Part shown: positions 26,566-36,159 of the stretch, piece after piece
Position numbering within the stretch: the stretch's first letter is position 1
Layout of the letters: each line of letters begins with the position of its first letter
The notes under the pieces: generated by a model
What the model was told of the DNA's origin: nothing
Database searches by the model: none
The model's input: the letters and a program-made list of their open reading frames with translations, nothing else
Virus record (IMG/VR): IMGVR_UViG_3300017963_000016
Span: 1 to 64,000 of that record
DNA: 64,000 nucleotides
From: a virus
Strand: one strand, 5' to 3'
Program-made: the position numbers and the translations under genes

Positions 26566-27351
26566 TTATAGGAACTCAGTAATCTTTCTCTGATTCTTAA
26601 CTTCCTCTTTTAAATCTCTGAGAAATTTATGATTAATAACAGCAGGTTTATTTAATAGAGCCTCCCATTTAATAAATTCATTATACTTATTAATATCTGA
26701 TTCTAAAATCTTTCTATATATTTTATGTTGATAAAATGGGCAATAAAAACAGCCTGATACTCCAAATTTCTCATATAATTCATTGATTTCAATCTTAATT
26801 GCTTTTTTTTCAAAATAACGATTTCTTTCTTCAGTTGTCCAATTAAGAATTGGGAATACCATTATATCTTTATACACATGGTAATCCTCTTTAAAGAAAG
26901 TATCACTTCTATATATTTTATTTCTTCTATTACTCTCATACTTTCTTACAGCATTTAATTTATAAAAAGCTCCCTTTCCAAATTTTCTCTGTAATACTTT
27001 CTTTTGAGGCCTAAATTTTAAGTCTCTACTACACCATGTCGATCTAATACCTGGAAAGCATTTCATAACTTTTATTCTTTCAAAAAAGCCTCCTTTATGA
27101 TCTTCAGGATAAGAAATTAATAATTGTAAATCCCTTTCTTTTGCTGAATTTTTAACTATTCTAAAAGTATCCTCAAATTCAATTCCTGTATAACAAAAAA
27201 ATGGTATAAATTTATCAGTTATTTGCTGAATAATATCTAATAATAATAAAGAGTCTTTTCCTCCAGAATAGTTTAATACTAGAGGTTTTTCACTTAATTC
27301 CAATGCTTTTTTTATAACAGCCTTAGTCTCCTTAATTTTATAGGATAACAT
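26566..27351 (-). CDS. PAPS reductase family protein
   Basis: YSGGKDS PP-loop, TGIEF, WCSRDLKFRP, RKYESNRR, PILNWT, SGCFYCPF. Confidence 0.9.
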   Translation of the reverse strand: MLSYKIKETKAVIKKALELSEKPLVLNYSGGKDSLLLLDIIQQITDKFIPFFCYTGIEFEDTFRIVKNSAKERDLQLLISYPEDHKGGFFERIKVMKCFPGIRSTWCSRDLKFRPQKKVLQRKFGKGAFYKLNAVRKYESNRRNKIYRSDTFFKEDYHVYKDIMVFPILNWTTEERNRYFEKKAIKIEINELYEKFGVSGCFYCPFYQHKIYRKILESDINKYNEFIKWEALLNKPAVINHKFLRDLKEEVKNQRKITEFL

Positions 27352-27376
27352 AATAAAAAAATAAAAAAAAATTGAT

Positions 27377-27637
27377 TTAACTTTTCTTTACTCTCTGATA
27401 TATCTGTTGAGAAAGATATGTTTTAGGAGATATCATAGCTGTTCTTAAAGCCATTGAGATTTTCTCTAATAGATCAACATCTTTCTTATATGTGAAATAT
27501 TTTTCTAATTTTTTTATTTCCATTCCTATACTTCTTAGCTCCTCATCGATCTTTTGTAAATTAGGAGCTAGCTCCTCAATCTTCTTTAAAACAATTTCTT
27601 TATTTTTTGGATTTTTTAAAATATCTTTATTAGGCAT
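27377..27637 (-). CDS. Small helical-hairpin protein
   Basis: 86-aa ORF. Confidence 0.65.
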   Translation of the reverse strand: MPNKDILKNPKNKEIVLKKIEELAPNLQKIDEELRSIGMEIKKLEKYFTYKKDVDLLEKISMALRTAMISPKTYLSQQIYQRVKKS

Positions 27638-27708
27638 ATATAATCTTTCCAGATTGGTTTTAATTAATAATACTCTGATTAGATTAATAAATTTGATCTA
27701 AAATCGAT

Positions 27709-27806
27709 CACTAGTCGTAAAATTTTAAGAGGAGAAAATATTTTAAATGAATCTTATAAGAGCCTGGAGGCTCCAGGTATCCAAAATAGAAAAATGCTCC
27801 TGAAAA
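27709..27806 (+). repeat. Dispersed intergenic repeat, copy 3 (98 bp)
   Basis: One mismatch to 5446-5543; contains the palindrome CCTGGAG-G-CTCCAGG. Confidence 0.95.
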
Positions 27807-27830
27807 AAATCTAGTTCTAGAGTTGAAAAT

Positions 27831-27897
27831 GATCGAAAGCGATCAGGTAAAAGTATGAAAAACGTGTGCCGGATTTTTTAATTGATCGAAAATGATC
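27831..27897. promoter_or_regulatory. Phased GATC array
   Basis: GATC at 27831, 27841, 27884, 27894; CCGG at 27869. Confidence 0.6.
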
Positions 27898-27975
27898 ATT
27901 TCCTCCAGATTATATTATACAGAGATTGATGAAATTTCTCCTGAGATATTTTTTTAATTTAGGTCCTTGATAAGA

Positions 27976-29397
27976 TTATATATAATAATTAGATTTATTT
28001 GTATCATTCTGGAGTTTAGGCTCCTCTTGTTGATTTGTCCTTTCTCCAGGTTTTAAAATATCTATTAGGTTTTCAAAACTCTTATTCATAGTAGATATTT
28101 CATTTGTAAGATTTGTTAATTTATCATTTACCTGTTGATTCTGATTTGCTAGAACTACTATAGCTTTCTCAAATTTATCTAATCTCTCAGAATCTTTTTT
28201 TTGATTATCCAGGATTTGATCTATTGAAGTAATTTTATCTTCAATATCTTTTATCTTATCTTCTAAATCCTCAATCTTTTCAGGTATTTGAATAATCTCA
28301 AATCCTTTTTCAACATTCTTAATTTCAGCCTCTCCCTCCCCTCTCTCTCCTGGAGGAGAATTATCTAAATCTATCTCTAAATCTGAGCCAATTATCTTAG
28401 CATTAACCCATTTACCTAAGCCTGATAATGAAGATATATCATTCTTAGTTTCGATTACTATATGAGGCTTTTTATGTAGAATTGGCTCATCTCCAATTAA
28501 TTTAAAACCCATTAATGTTAATAAATCCTTACACTTTTTTACATCATTTTCTCTATCTTTAAAATAATTGATAAATCCAGAGGCTGAGGATACTAAGCAA
28601 TCCTTTCTCTCTCTATTAAAATTAAAAGCAACTGAATCTAAATTTATCTCTAATGTATCTAAGCCTCCAAATTGGGTTTTATCAATATAAGCATAATATT
28701 TTGGTCTTGGCCAATTATTTAAAATAATAGGTTTAAAAAAATATTTTTTATTATTTAATATTTTACTATAGCTCTTATATTTTCCATCAGTTTTTTTGAT
28801 CGGTTTAAAAGATAAGAGCCAATTAGGTATTGAATCTAATGGTAATCTAAAAGAAAGATTATGAATATACTCTTTTATTATCCCTAAATATTTATTTATT
28901 CGATCATCCTGTTCTTTATTTTGGATTTGTTTAAAAGTTTTTAGATCAGTAATTCCATATTTCATATAGAATTTTCCTTGACTAGTCAATTGGTAAAAAT
29001 TAGGATAGGAGCTAGTTTGGTTTATATAGCCATTATCTTTTAGCCAATTTATATGTTTGTAAATAATAGAATAATGTATATTTAGATGTTGAGAAATCTT
29101 TAGGCCATGAAAGGTTATATCTGTCCTAGAAAAGAATTTCAAAATCTCCTGTTTTAGCTGATAGTCTTGATCTATAAGGCTAGTTTGGGTTTGACTAGAA
29201 CCTCTAGACTTTTTTATTTGCTTATTAATATAATCAATAATGTAGTTCCTGTTAATAGTTATGTATTTATTACATAATTTACATTTGGCTGTTGGCTTTT
29301 TCGGGATGTTCTTAATATCTTTAGGAGTATACTTTTGCTTTTTATAACCTCTCCTAGTTTTACAATGTTTACATTCTATAGGAATTTCTATTCTCAT
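27976..29397 (-). CDS. Zn-finger + wHTH + core domain + coiled-coil protein, candidate replication initiator
   Basis: CKHC...CKLC; wHTH (YKHINWLKDNGYI...YQLTSQG); IHNLSF...PH...DNSPP...EAE core; C-terminal coiled coil. Confidence 0.5.
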   Translation of the reverse strand: MRIEIPIECKHCKTRRGYKKQKYTPKDIKNIPKKPTAKCKLCNKYITINRNYIIDYINKQIKKSRGSSQTQTSLIDQDYQLKQEILKFFSRTDITFHGLKISQHLNIHYSIIYKHINWLKDNGYINQTSSYPNFYQLTSQGKFYMKYGITDLKTFKQIQNKEQDDRINKYLGIIKEYIHNLSFRLPLDSIPNWLLSFKPIKKTDGKYKSYSKILNNKKYFFKPIILNNWPRPKYYAYIDKTQFGGLDTLEINLDSVAFNFNRERKDCLVSSASGFINYFKDRENDVKKCKDLLTLMGFKLIGDEPILHKKPHIVIETKNDISSLSGLGKWVNAKIIGSDLEIDLDNSPPGERGEGEAEIKNVEKGFEIIQIPEKIEDLEDKIKDIEDKITSIDQILDNQKKDSERLDKFEKAIVVLANQNQQVNDKLTNLTNEISTMNKSFENLIDILKPGERTNQQEEPKLQNDTNKSNYYI

Positions 29398-29924
29398 TAG
29401 AATCTAAGATTATTTAGTTTAAAGTCTAATTCAGCAACTCCCTGTTGAGATTGTCTTACTAAACTCCTAATATGCTCCATATCTTCTAGCCTCTTCTTTT
29501 CTTTCTCCTTTTCAAGATTTCCAGCAAAATTAATATTATCTCCTATTTGATTTGGCTCTTCAGGTATTTTAAGTTTATTATCTTCATAATGATAATCTAG
29601 CTCACTAAAATCAAGAAAGCCTAAATTTATCATTAGATCGAAAAACCTAAAAAATTCACTATAACTAGTAAATAATCTTAATCTTGAATCTTTTTTTATA
29701 AATGGGTCGATTTGATTAAATAGATTTCGATCTTCATTAAAGCTTAGAGGAGAAAATCCTAATTCAATATCAGTCAATTTTTCTAATTTGCTTTTCAAGA
29801 GTTTGAGAAAAATCTTTAATGTTTTATTAGAAATTACTCCCATGTTTACCTGTAATTTATTAGCCTTTTTCTGAATCGCTTTTTTACTTTCTGTTATTAT
29901 TGATAATGTAGTCATACTTATCAT
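29397..29924 (-). CDS. Hypothetical protein
   Basis: 175-aa ORF coupled to the Rep-like gene. Confidence 0.65.
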   Translation of the reverse strand: MISMTTLSIITESKKAIQKKANKLQVNMGVISNKTLKIFLKLLKSKLEKLTDIELGFSPLSFNEDRNLFNQIDPFIKKDSRLRLFTSYSEFFRFFDLMINLGFLDFSELDYHYEDNKLKIPEEPNQIGDNINFAGNLEKEKEKKRLEDMEHIRSLVRQSQQGVAELDFKLNNLRF

Positions 29925-29991
29925 TCCTCCATATTTTTTTATATTGTTTTGTTTTTTTTCTGTTTTTTTCTATTTTTAGTAGATTTGGATA

Positions 29992-32211
29992 TTAAAACCA
30001 TTCTGTTATTTTTTTCTGAATATATTTCTTATTATCTCCTGTTCTCTTAGATAATAATTCATAAAACTTATTAAAAGTTCTATAATTGCTAGGTCTCCAG
30101 ATTTTAAAGTTAAAACATTTCTTAAATAAAATCAACTGTTGATAACTCATCTTTTTATGATGTTGGCCATTGATAAAATCATAAGCCATTTCTTTTGAAA
30201 AATGTTGCTTTATAAATTTAAATCTCTCTCTAAAACCTGGAAAATCTTTAAGATAGTTAATTGTTATCTCTCTAAGATATATCATTGTAATTAATCTCAT
30301 TGATTGAATACTCATTCTAATAAAAATGTTTAATTCTTTCAATTTTAATATAATATTCTCTATACGTTGTAATTTAGTGTTTTTACCAATACCTCTTAAA
30401 TATCTATCAATAACCTCATGATCTTTAGTTTTGAATATTAAATCTTCATTATCTTGAAGTTTATAGACTATCTGTTGGCTTATTCTCTGGATTTCATGAT
30501 CAATATCTTGATAATAAGTGCCTTTAGGAGCCAATTCAATATTTTTTCTTTTAAATATTTTTTTCAATAAGAGTAATCTTTTAACTGTAAGATTTGAAAT
30601 ATTTGGCTTAATATCCTGGAGAAATAATTTAAATGTATTTTTATTTAATCCTTTCAAGATCATATCTACATTATCTTTGAAATCTTTTGTTGTTAAATCT
30701 GTTTGATTATTCAAACAACTCATTAGTTTTAGAGGCAACTCTACATTACTAGTAAAGTTTGCTCTAAACTCTTTTATTTTAGGTTTTATTCTTTCCATTA
30801 GGTATTTATAATCTTGAAATGAGAAATTGAATTTAGTTAAAATCTTCAATGAGCCAATAGTCTTCATTGATTTATGCTCTATGAGTTTAATTAATTTATC
30901 CATTAAAGGAATATTTGAAATTCCTCCTTTGGTTTTTTTATTATACTCCATTATAAGAGCCTCCATATATTTAGAGATAAAATATTCTGTATAAGGTCGA
31001 TCTTCCCATTTTATTTTTTTAGATAAGAATTTAATAAAAATATAACTTAGAGGAAGATAAGAGATTTTAGTCATAATATAATCTTCCTGATCTATAAACT
31101 CCTTATCATTAAGAAAATCGTAAATGAAAGCCTCTAAATTTTTTTGCTTTTGAGTTGAGATTGTTTTTTTAGGCTCCTTAAATAATACATTTGTTTTATA
31201 TCCAATTGTTTTTGATAATAATATATCATAAATTTTGAAAAGATCGTTTTGATGTAATTCCTCTAAAATTATATCTTGGAGAATTGCTTTAAATTCTATT
31301 AAATCGAAAATCCATAGATAACCTTGAGTTATTAGGTAGCTCTGAGTAGAGAGAGTTGTTATACCTTCCAAGAATCCCTGCTTATCCTCAATAATCCTTT
31401 TAGCTATTTCCTCCTTAAATACTTTAATAGCCTTAGGCTCTCCTACATCTACTAATTTCTTTAGTAGAGGAAATGCTAAGTTCCTCCTTAAAAGCCTGGT
31501 ATCAAAATCATGCTCATACCAGGCCTGGAGATTACTACAATGCCCCCAAAATTCAGTTGTTTTATCTAATTGTTTTTCCATTTTTATATGTAAATCAAAT
31601 TGTTTATTATTTCCCTCATGTTTGCCAACATAAGCCTCAGCCATTTCATCAATAGAATTTAAGATTCTGTTGTTAGGAATTGTTTTTTTTGGATTCACAA
31701 ATAATAGATATTTACATTGATTAAATAATTGATAAGCTCCTCCCTTATTCTTTATATATATATTGGTTTGGTTATCTTGGAGCCTTAGCTGAATAAATTT
31801 ACCAATTTGAAATATAAGTTTTTCTTTTGGATTATCCCATTCAAAGTATATAAATCTATCATCTTTTGAGGGATGAGATTTATAATAATTAATAAATTTA
31901 ATATAGCTTTCAAAACCCTGCTTTATGGCTAAATTATCCCATGTGTCAAAAGTGTTTGGGGAGACTGTTCTAATAGCCTCTGCTGTTGTTCTTGGCATAT
32001 CCGTTAATCTGAAGTGTCGTTTTCCTGTAATTGATACATCAAATATAAACTCCCTACTTTTATCTTTATTTACAATCCAGATATGAGCTATATCTCCAAT
32101 TCCTAATTTATTACGATAATCATTCTTTCCTACAGCTCTAATACTATTTTTTAGCTCCCCTGAAATTAATTTTGGCTTTAACCAACTCATAAAAGATAAT
32201 ACCTGATTCAT
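29992..32211 (-). CDS. ASCH/PUA-like domain fused to a Lokiarchaeal EFWGHCSNLQAW domain and helical repeats
   Basis: LSF...LISGELKNSIR...AIKQGF (ASCH-like); FNQCKYLL...SIDE...EFWGHCSNLQAWYEHDFDTRLL...AFPLLKKL...FKEEIAKR. Confidence 0.7.
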   Translation of the reverse strand: MNQVLSFMSWLKPKLISGELKNSIRAVGKNDYRNKLGIGDIAHIWIVNKDKSREFIFDVSITGKRHFRLTDMPRTTAEAIRTVSPNTFDTWDNLAIKQGFESYIKFINYYKSHPSKDDRFIYFEWDNPKEKLIFQIGKFIQLRLQDNQTNIYIKNKGGAYQLFNQCKYLLFVNPKKTIPNNRILNSIDEMAEAYVGKHEGNNKQFDLHIKMEKQLDKTTEFWGHCSNLQAWYEHDFDTRLLRRNLAFPLLKKLVDVGEPKAIKVFKEEIAKRIIEDKQGFLEGITTLSTQSYLITQGYLWIFDLIEFKAILQDIILEELHQNDLFKIYDILLSKTIGYKTNVLFKEPKKTISTQKQKNLEAFIYDFLNDKEFIDQEDYIMTKISYLPLSYIFIKFLSKKIKWEDRPYTEYFISKYMEALIMEYNKKTKGGISNIPLMDKLIKLIEHKSMKTIGSLKILTKFNFSFQDYKYLMERIKPKIKEFRANFTSNVELPLKLMSCLNNQTDLTTKDFKDNVDMILKGLNKNTFKLFLQDIKPNISNLTVKRLLLLKKIFKRKNIELAPKGTYYQDIDHEIQRISQQIVYKLQDNEDLIFKTKDHEVIDRYLRGIGKNTKLQRIENIILKLKELNIFIRMSIQSMRLITMIYLREITINYLKDFPGFRERFKFIKQHFSKEMAYDFINGQHHKKMSYQQLILFKKCFNFKIWRPSNYRTFNKFYELLSKRTGDNKKYIQKKITEWF

Positions 32212-32420
32212 AATCCTCTCCTTAATTTTTTTCTTTTAATAAATGAATTAGCATTATTCATAGCATTTAAAATTCCCTTAGCTCCTCCAACTTTTAAAGT
32301 TGTTAGTAGTAATACCTTAGAGGCATTGATATAATCTTGATTATTTAGGAATTTGCTAAATAGCTTATTCATTTTCTTTATTATTGGTAATCTTCTAGGT
32401 TTTTTAGGTATTACATACAT
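32208..32420 (-). CDS. Small basic protein
   Basis: 70-aa ORF, ATGA-coupled, GGAG RBS. Confidence 0.55.
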   Translation of the reverse strand: MYVIPKKPRRLPIIKKMNKLFSKFLNNQDYINASKVLLLTTLKVGGAKGILNAMNNANSFIKRKKLRRGL

Positions 32421-32506
32421 TTAATCAATCTCCTTAAATTATATTCCTTTTTTTATCTTTGATTTCTCTTTTCTTATCTTTCTCTTCTAGTTTATTAATC
32501 CTTTTT

Positions 32507-32953
32507 TTAAGCTCCTCCATTAAACCCAACTCCACTATATATAATATTCCTCCTTATAAAATAATCTTGAATAATTGGTATTATAGGCTTTATTTTTTGA
32601 TTAAGCCTCATCCTCCAATTGTTTTTAATTAATAATTTTATTGTAAATCTATTTACCTCAGATAACCTATTATCTTTAATCTCTTTTTTAAGTTTAGCTC
32701 CTGTTTCTTTTTCTGTATAGTCTATCATGCCATTCTCCAGGAGAATATAATTATCTCTTAATAAGAATGTAAATCCTGGAATAGAGGCTTGAATGATATA
32801 GCTTTCTTCAGTTAGTTTATTCATTGGTTTAATCTTATCTTTTAGATATGCTATAATATCTAATATAGGAGAGAAGTTTAAATGTTTAGAATCTAAGTAT
32901 TCCAAGATTCTAAAATTCTTTAATGTAAGTAAATAATTTTTGTAATTAGTCAT
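32507..32953 (-). CDS. wHTH-like protein, paralog of 41739..42155
   Basis: FLLRDNYILLENG...VNRFTIKLLIKNNW matches FLLKNRYILLKNG...VNNFTLKLIVKNNW. Confidence 0.65.
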   Translation of the reverse strand: MTNYKNYLLTLKNFRILEYLDSKHLNFSPILDIIAYLKDKIKPMNKLTEESYIIQASIPGFTFLLRDNYILLENGMIDYTEKETGAKLKKEIKDNRLSEVNRFTIKLLIKNNWRMRLNQKIKPIIPIIQDYFIRRNIIYSGVGFNGGA

Positions 32954-33224
32954 TATTAAATTGCTCCCTAAGTAGATTGATTAGTTTGTTCCTCTCCTTA
33001 ATAACATTCTCTTTTGATATTTCTTGATCTTCAGCTTTTTTCTTTTCAGCCTCATAATCCTTATCTTCATAAAAATAATCTGGATTAGGTTTATATCCCA
33101 TTATCATAATCCTCCTTATAGCTTTTCTTTTTTCTCCTTAATTTCCAATGCTTTTCACACATTAACTTATCTTTATATCTTTTTTCATTACAGCCTTTTA
33201 TTATACATTTGTTTTGATTATTCA

Positions 33225-33959
33225 TTATAATCCCTCTTGAAATTGAGTTAAATCTTTAAATTTTGGTTTACTTATTTCAATATTAAAAATATCATTCATA
33301 TTCTTAATGAAAATTGGTTTGCCTCCATAACTAGGATGTTTAATATAAGTTATTTCAATATCAGGAATTTCATTATTATCTTTCATTTCTGTTAAGCAAT
33401 TAAAAGCAACTCTTCCTATACCATGAGCCTGAGTAAATTCAAATACTTCAAATAATTTCTGAATATATTTTTTTCCCTCTCTGATTTCTTTCTCATTTGG
33501 CTTTCTATTTGAATTAGGTAATAAATCGTGAGGATGAAAATTAAATGTATTGAACATTACACATTTCCAAAATATCTCAGGGTTTTTTTCAAACCAAGAA
33601 TAGACTATGGTAGCTGATCTCTCTTTTATTATTTTGCTCCTGGAAAGACTATATTCTGATCTATTCTTAGCAAATACTTTATGATGTTTTAGGATATAAG
33701 TGCTGGTAAATGGTATTCCTGAGTGTTTTAGGCCTGAATATCCTCCTGCTTCTCCTAATAATAAAATGGAGGCCTCATTATATAAGAGTTTTTTTAGATA
33801 GATATTTAGATTTTTATATTGAGGAGTTTTTATAATTAATCTTCCTGATCTATAAGGATTAAAAACAGTTTGAGTAGATTTTCTTAATGCTAGTGAAGTT
33901 AATAACTCATCTAATTCCCTTTCGATTACATCTCTTCTAATCCAATTCAATATACTCAC
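33225..33959 (-). CDS. Uracil-DNA glycosylase superfamily protein
   Basis: LLLGEAGGY...SGIPFTS, N...FHPH...NRKP, GIGRVA and HPSYGG motifs. Confidence 0.85.
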   Translation of the reverse strand: MSILNWIRRDVIERELDELLTSLALRKSTQTVFNPYRSGRLIIKTPQYKNLNIYLKKLLYNEASILLLGEAGGYSGLKHSGIPFTSTYILKHHKVFAKNRSEYSLSRSKIIKERSATIVYSWFEKNPEIFWKCVMFNTFNFHPHDLLPNSNRKPNEKEIREGKKYIQKLFEVFEFTQAHGIGRVAFNCLTEMKDNNEIPDIEITYIKHPSYGGKPIFIKNMNDIFNIEISKPKFKDLTQFQEGL

Positions 33960-34209
33960 TTTCCTTTATTCTTTTCTTGTATTCTTTCTTACTTTCTTCC
34001 CATTTAGTCATATCATATAGAAAAGGATTCTTAAAGCATGGCTCTCCATGTCTTGCACATCCTCCTAATCCATTATTTTTAACATTACTGAACATAGGAC
34101 AATCAAGACAATCATACTTAAATCTAGGCTCCCATTCATATAAGAGCTTAAATGTTCTTATTTTTGGTAATATAGGCTTAATCAAACTCAACATTCTCTC
34201 CCTTATCAA
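33937..34209 (-). CDS. Small Cys-rich protein
   Basis: CLDC...C...C. Confidence 0.55.
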   Translation of the reverse strand: MIRERMLSLIKPILPKIRTFKLLYEWEPRFKYDCLDCPMFSNVKNNGLGGCARHGEPCFKNPFLYDMTKWEESKKEYKKRIKESEYIELD

Positions 34210-34774
34210 TTAATTTCTTTAAGCAATCACAACAAACTATTTTTCCAAATTTAATATTAAATAGCTGAAATTTATCATTTGTTTTTTTTCTAATAGTATA
34301 CAATAAATACACATAGAAAATATCTATAAGATTTTCTTTACATTGATTACAGTTGTTATTATAATACCAATATTTTATAAAATCTTTCTCTTGGATATTA
34401 CATTGAAATTTGAAAAAACAATTAAAACATTGGCTATTAATATTTGGATTAAATAAATGATAGTTTAATTCAGAGAGTGGAGAGAAAGATTGGGAATAAA
34501 GTAGCTTATCATTAATTTCTCTCCAGGAGTATTCTATTTTTTTATTTAATTTCTTGTCATATTCATAGATTCTCTTAAATTCAGGATTATCAAATGAGAA
34601 ATAATTTTTACAGATAAATTGGATATGGTTTAGAGGAAATATAAATTGTATCTCAGGAGTTATAAAAGTTCCTTTTAGGAATTTATTTAGATTTGATTCT
34701 ATTCTTTCTAGGCTTTCCTTTTGATGTTTATAAAAGAACTGAGCCATTTCCTTTATTATCTCAATCTTAGCCAT
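34178..34774 (-). CDS. Zn-finger protein (CxxC...CCxC)
   Basis: CFNC, CNQC, VCCDC. Confidence 0.6.
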   Translation of the reverse strand: MAKIEIIKEMAQFFYKHQKESLERIESNLNKFLKGTFITPEIQFIFPLNHIQFICKNYFSFDNPEFKRIYEYDKKLNKKIEYSWREINDKLLYSQSFSPLSELNYHLFNPNINSQCFNCFFKFQCNIQEKDFIKYWYYNNNCNQCKENLIDIFYVYLLYTIRKKTNDKFQLFNIKFGKIVCCDCLKKLIDKGENVEFD

Positions 34775-35195
34775 TTTTATTTCCTCTTGGATAATCTTTT
34801 TGAGTTATTTCTGAAAAATCATTTAATTTTTCTGGTTTTGGAGATAACCATTTTCCTCCAATATTTACCAAACAATAATCTTTCTTTTCTTCTATCTCAG
34901 AGTCTAAGGATAATGTTAGCTCAGCCTCCTCTCTTATTTCCTCTAGGGCCTTTTCAATTTTTTTGAAAGATTTAAATAATTCTTTTCTTTCTGTTTTATC
35001 AAATTCTAATCTCTTTTCTAGAGATTCATGATAATCTTTTATTACATTATTCAATTCCTCTGGAGTTATATCAAGAGATTGAGCAATTTGATTATGGCTT
35101 TCTTTTGATTTACTAATGAAATCGAATATATTTTCATATACTAATTCTGGTTTTTTCTTTTTCTCTTTTTTTGGTCTCCCTCTTTTCTTAGCCAT
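34767..35195 (-). CDS. Basic HTH/coiled-coil protein
   Basis: KKRGRPKK AT-hook-like start; NQIAQSLDITPEEL. Confidence 0.6.
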   Translation of the reverse strand: MAKKRGRPKKEKKKKPELVYENIFDFISKSKESHNQIAQSLDITPEELNNVIKDYHESLEKRLEFDKTERKELFKSFKKIEKALEEIREEAELTLSLDSEIEEKKDYCLVNIGGKWLSPKPEKLNDFSEITQKDYPRGNKNG

Positions 35196-36159
35196 TTTTA
35201 TATTTCCTCCTTATATTATTTATTCGATCTTCTTTCTGCTGTTTCTCCCTCTTGATTCTCTCAATTTTCTGAGATAACTTTTCATTCCAAAATTTTACTT
35301 TATAACATCTAATTCCAAATAATAATTGAGATTTTGGAAATTTGAAAAAAATAGCAGGATCGGTTTTTTGAGTATAGAGAGTTATTTTAATTTTATCATA
35401 ATCTTCATTGAATAGATTTACTATATTAGTCAAATGAGGATATAGATCATTTTTCATTAAACAATATCTAAAAGTATTATCTTTTCTATTATATTCATAA
35501 ATAGTTATACCCTTAAGCTCTCTATAATAGCTCATTACTTCAGGTAATGTTTCTTCTTTTAATTTTTTAAATTCGGTCCAGGAGAATTTTTTTTTAAAAA
35601 TTAAATCACGAGCTTTATTTTTTTTAAAAGTGAAAATTATAGTTCCTGAGGAGTTTCTTAATAAGTTTGGCTCTTGGAAATAATATAGCTCAGGATTATT
35701 ATTATAAAAAGGTCTTTTCTTATTATATTCTTTAGGATAATTCAGAAATAGACTTATTACAGGATTATTAACAAATTTACAGAGCTTTTTAGAATTTCTA
35801 ATACCTAATTGATTTCCCAATCTTAATAAAAACCCATCTTCATTTTCTAAAAGCCAATTAAAAGGCTCTTGAACTCTCTCCTGGAAATATTTTATTAAAA
35901 CAAATAAAGCATTAAATCTTACTATGAAATTTGAATCAGAAATTAATAAATTTTCAAAAAGACTAAATAAGGATTTATCAATCTTGAAATCATTAGTAAT
36001 AAATTCTTTTATACAAAACTCCCTAGCTTGAGAATATTGATATATCTCAGCCTCTTCTATGAAATAAGCTAGAGCCTCCTGATATTGATTTTGATCTAAG
36101 GCTCCTGATAAAAATCTTTCCTTAGTATTTTCAAATTTTTTAATAGGATTATGTATCAT
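35188..36159 (-). CDS. HEAT-like repeat protein
   Basis: FENLLISDSNFIVRFNA resembles the HEAT segment of Lokiarchaeal LRR proteins. Confidence 0.5.
   Translation of the reverse strand: MIHNPIKKFENTKERFLSGALDQNQYQEALAYFIEEAEIYQYSQAREFCIKEFITNDFKIDKSLFSLFENLLISDSNFIVRFNALFVLIKYFQERVQEPFNWLLENEDGFLLRLGNQLGIRNSKKLCKFVNNPVISLFLNYPKEYNKKRPFYNNNPELYYFQEPNLLRNSSGTIIFTFKKNKARDLIFKKKFSWTEFKKLKEETLPEVMSYYRELKGITIYEYNRKDNTFRYCLMKNDLYPHLTNIVNLFNEDYDKIKITLYTQKTDPAIFFKFPKSQLLFGIRCYKVKFWNEKLSQKIERIKREKQQKEDRINNIRRKYKNG

Noticed and set aside
24535-27351. Complete Dnd phosphorothioation system or sulfate assimilation pathway
   Set aside because: No DndD, DndE, cysteine desulfurase or ATP sulfurylase genes are present in the window.
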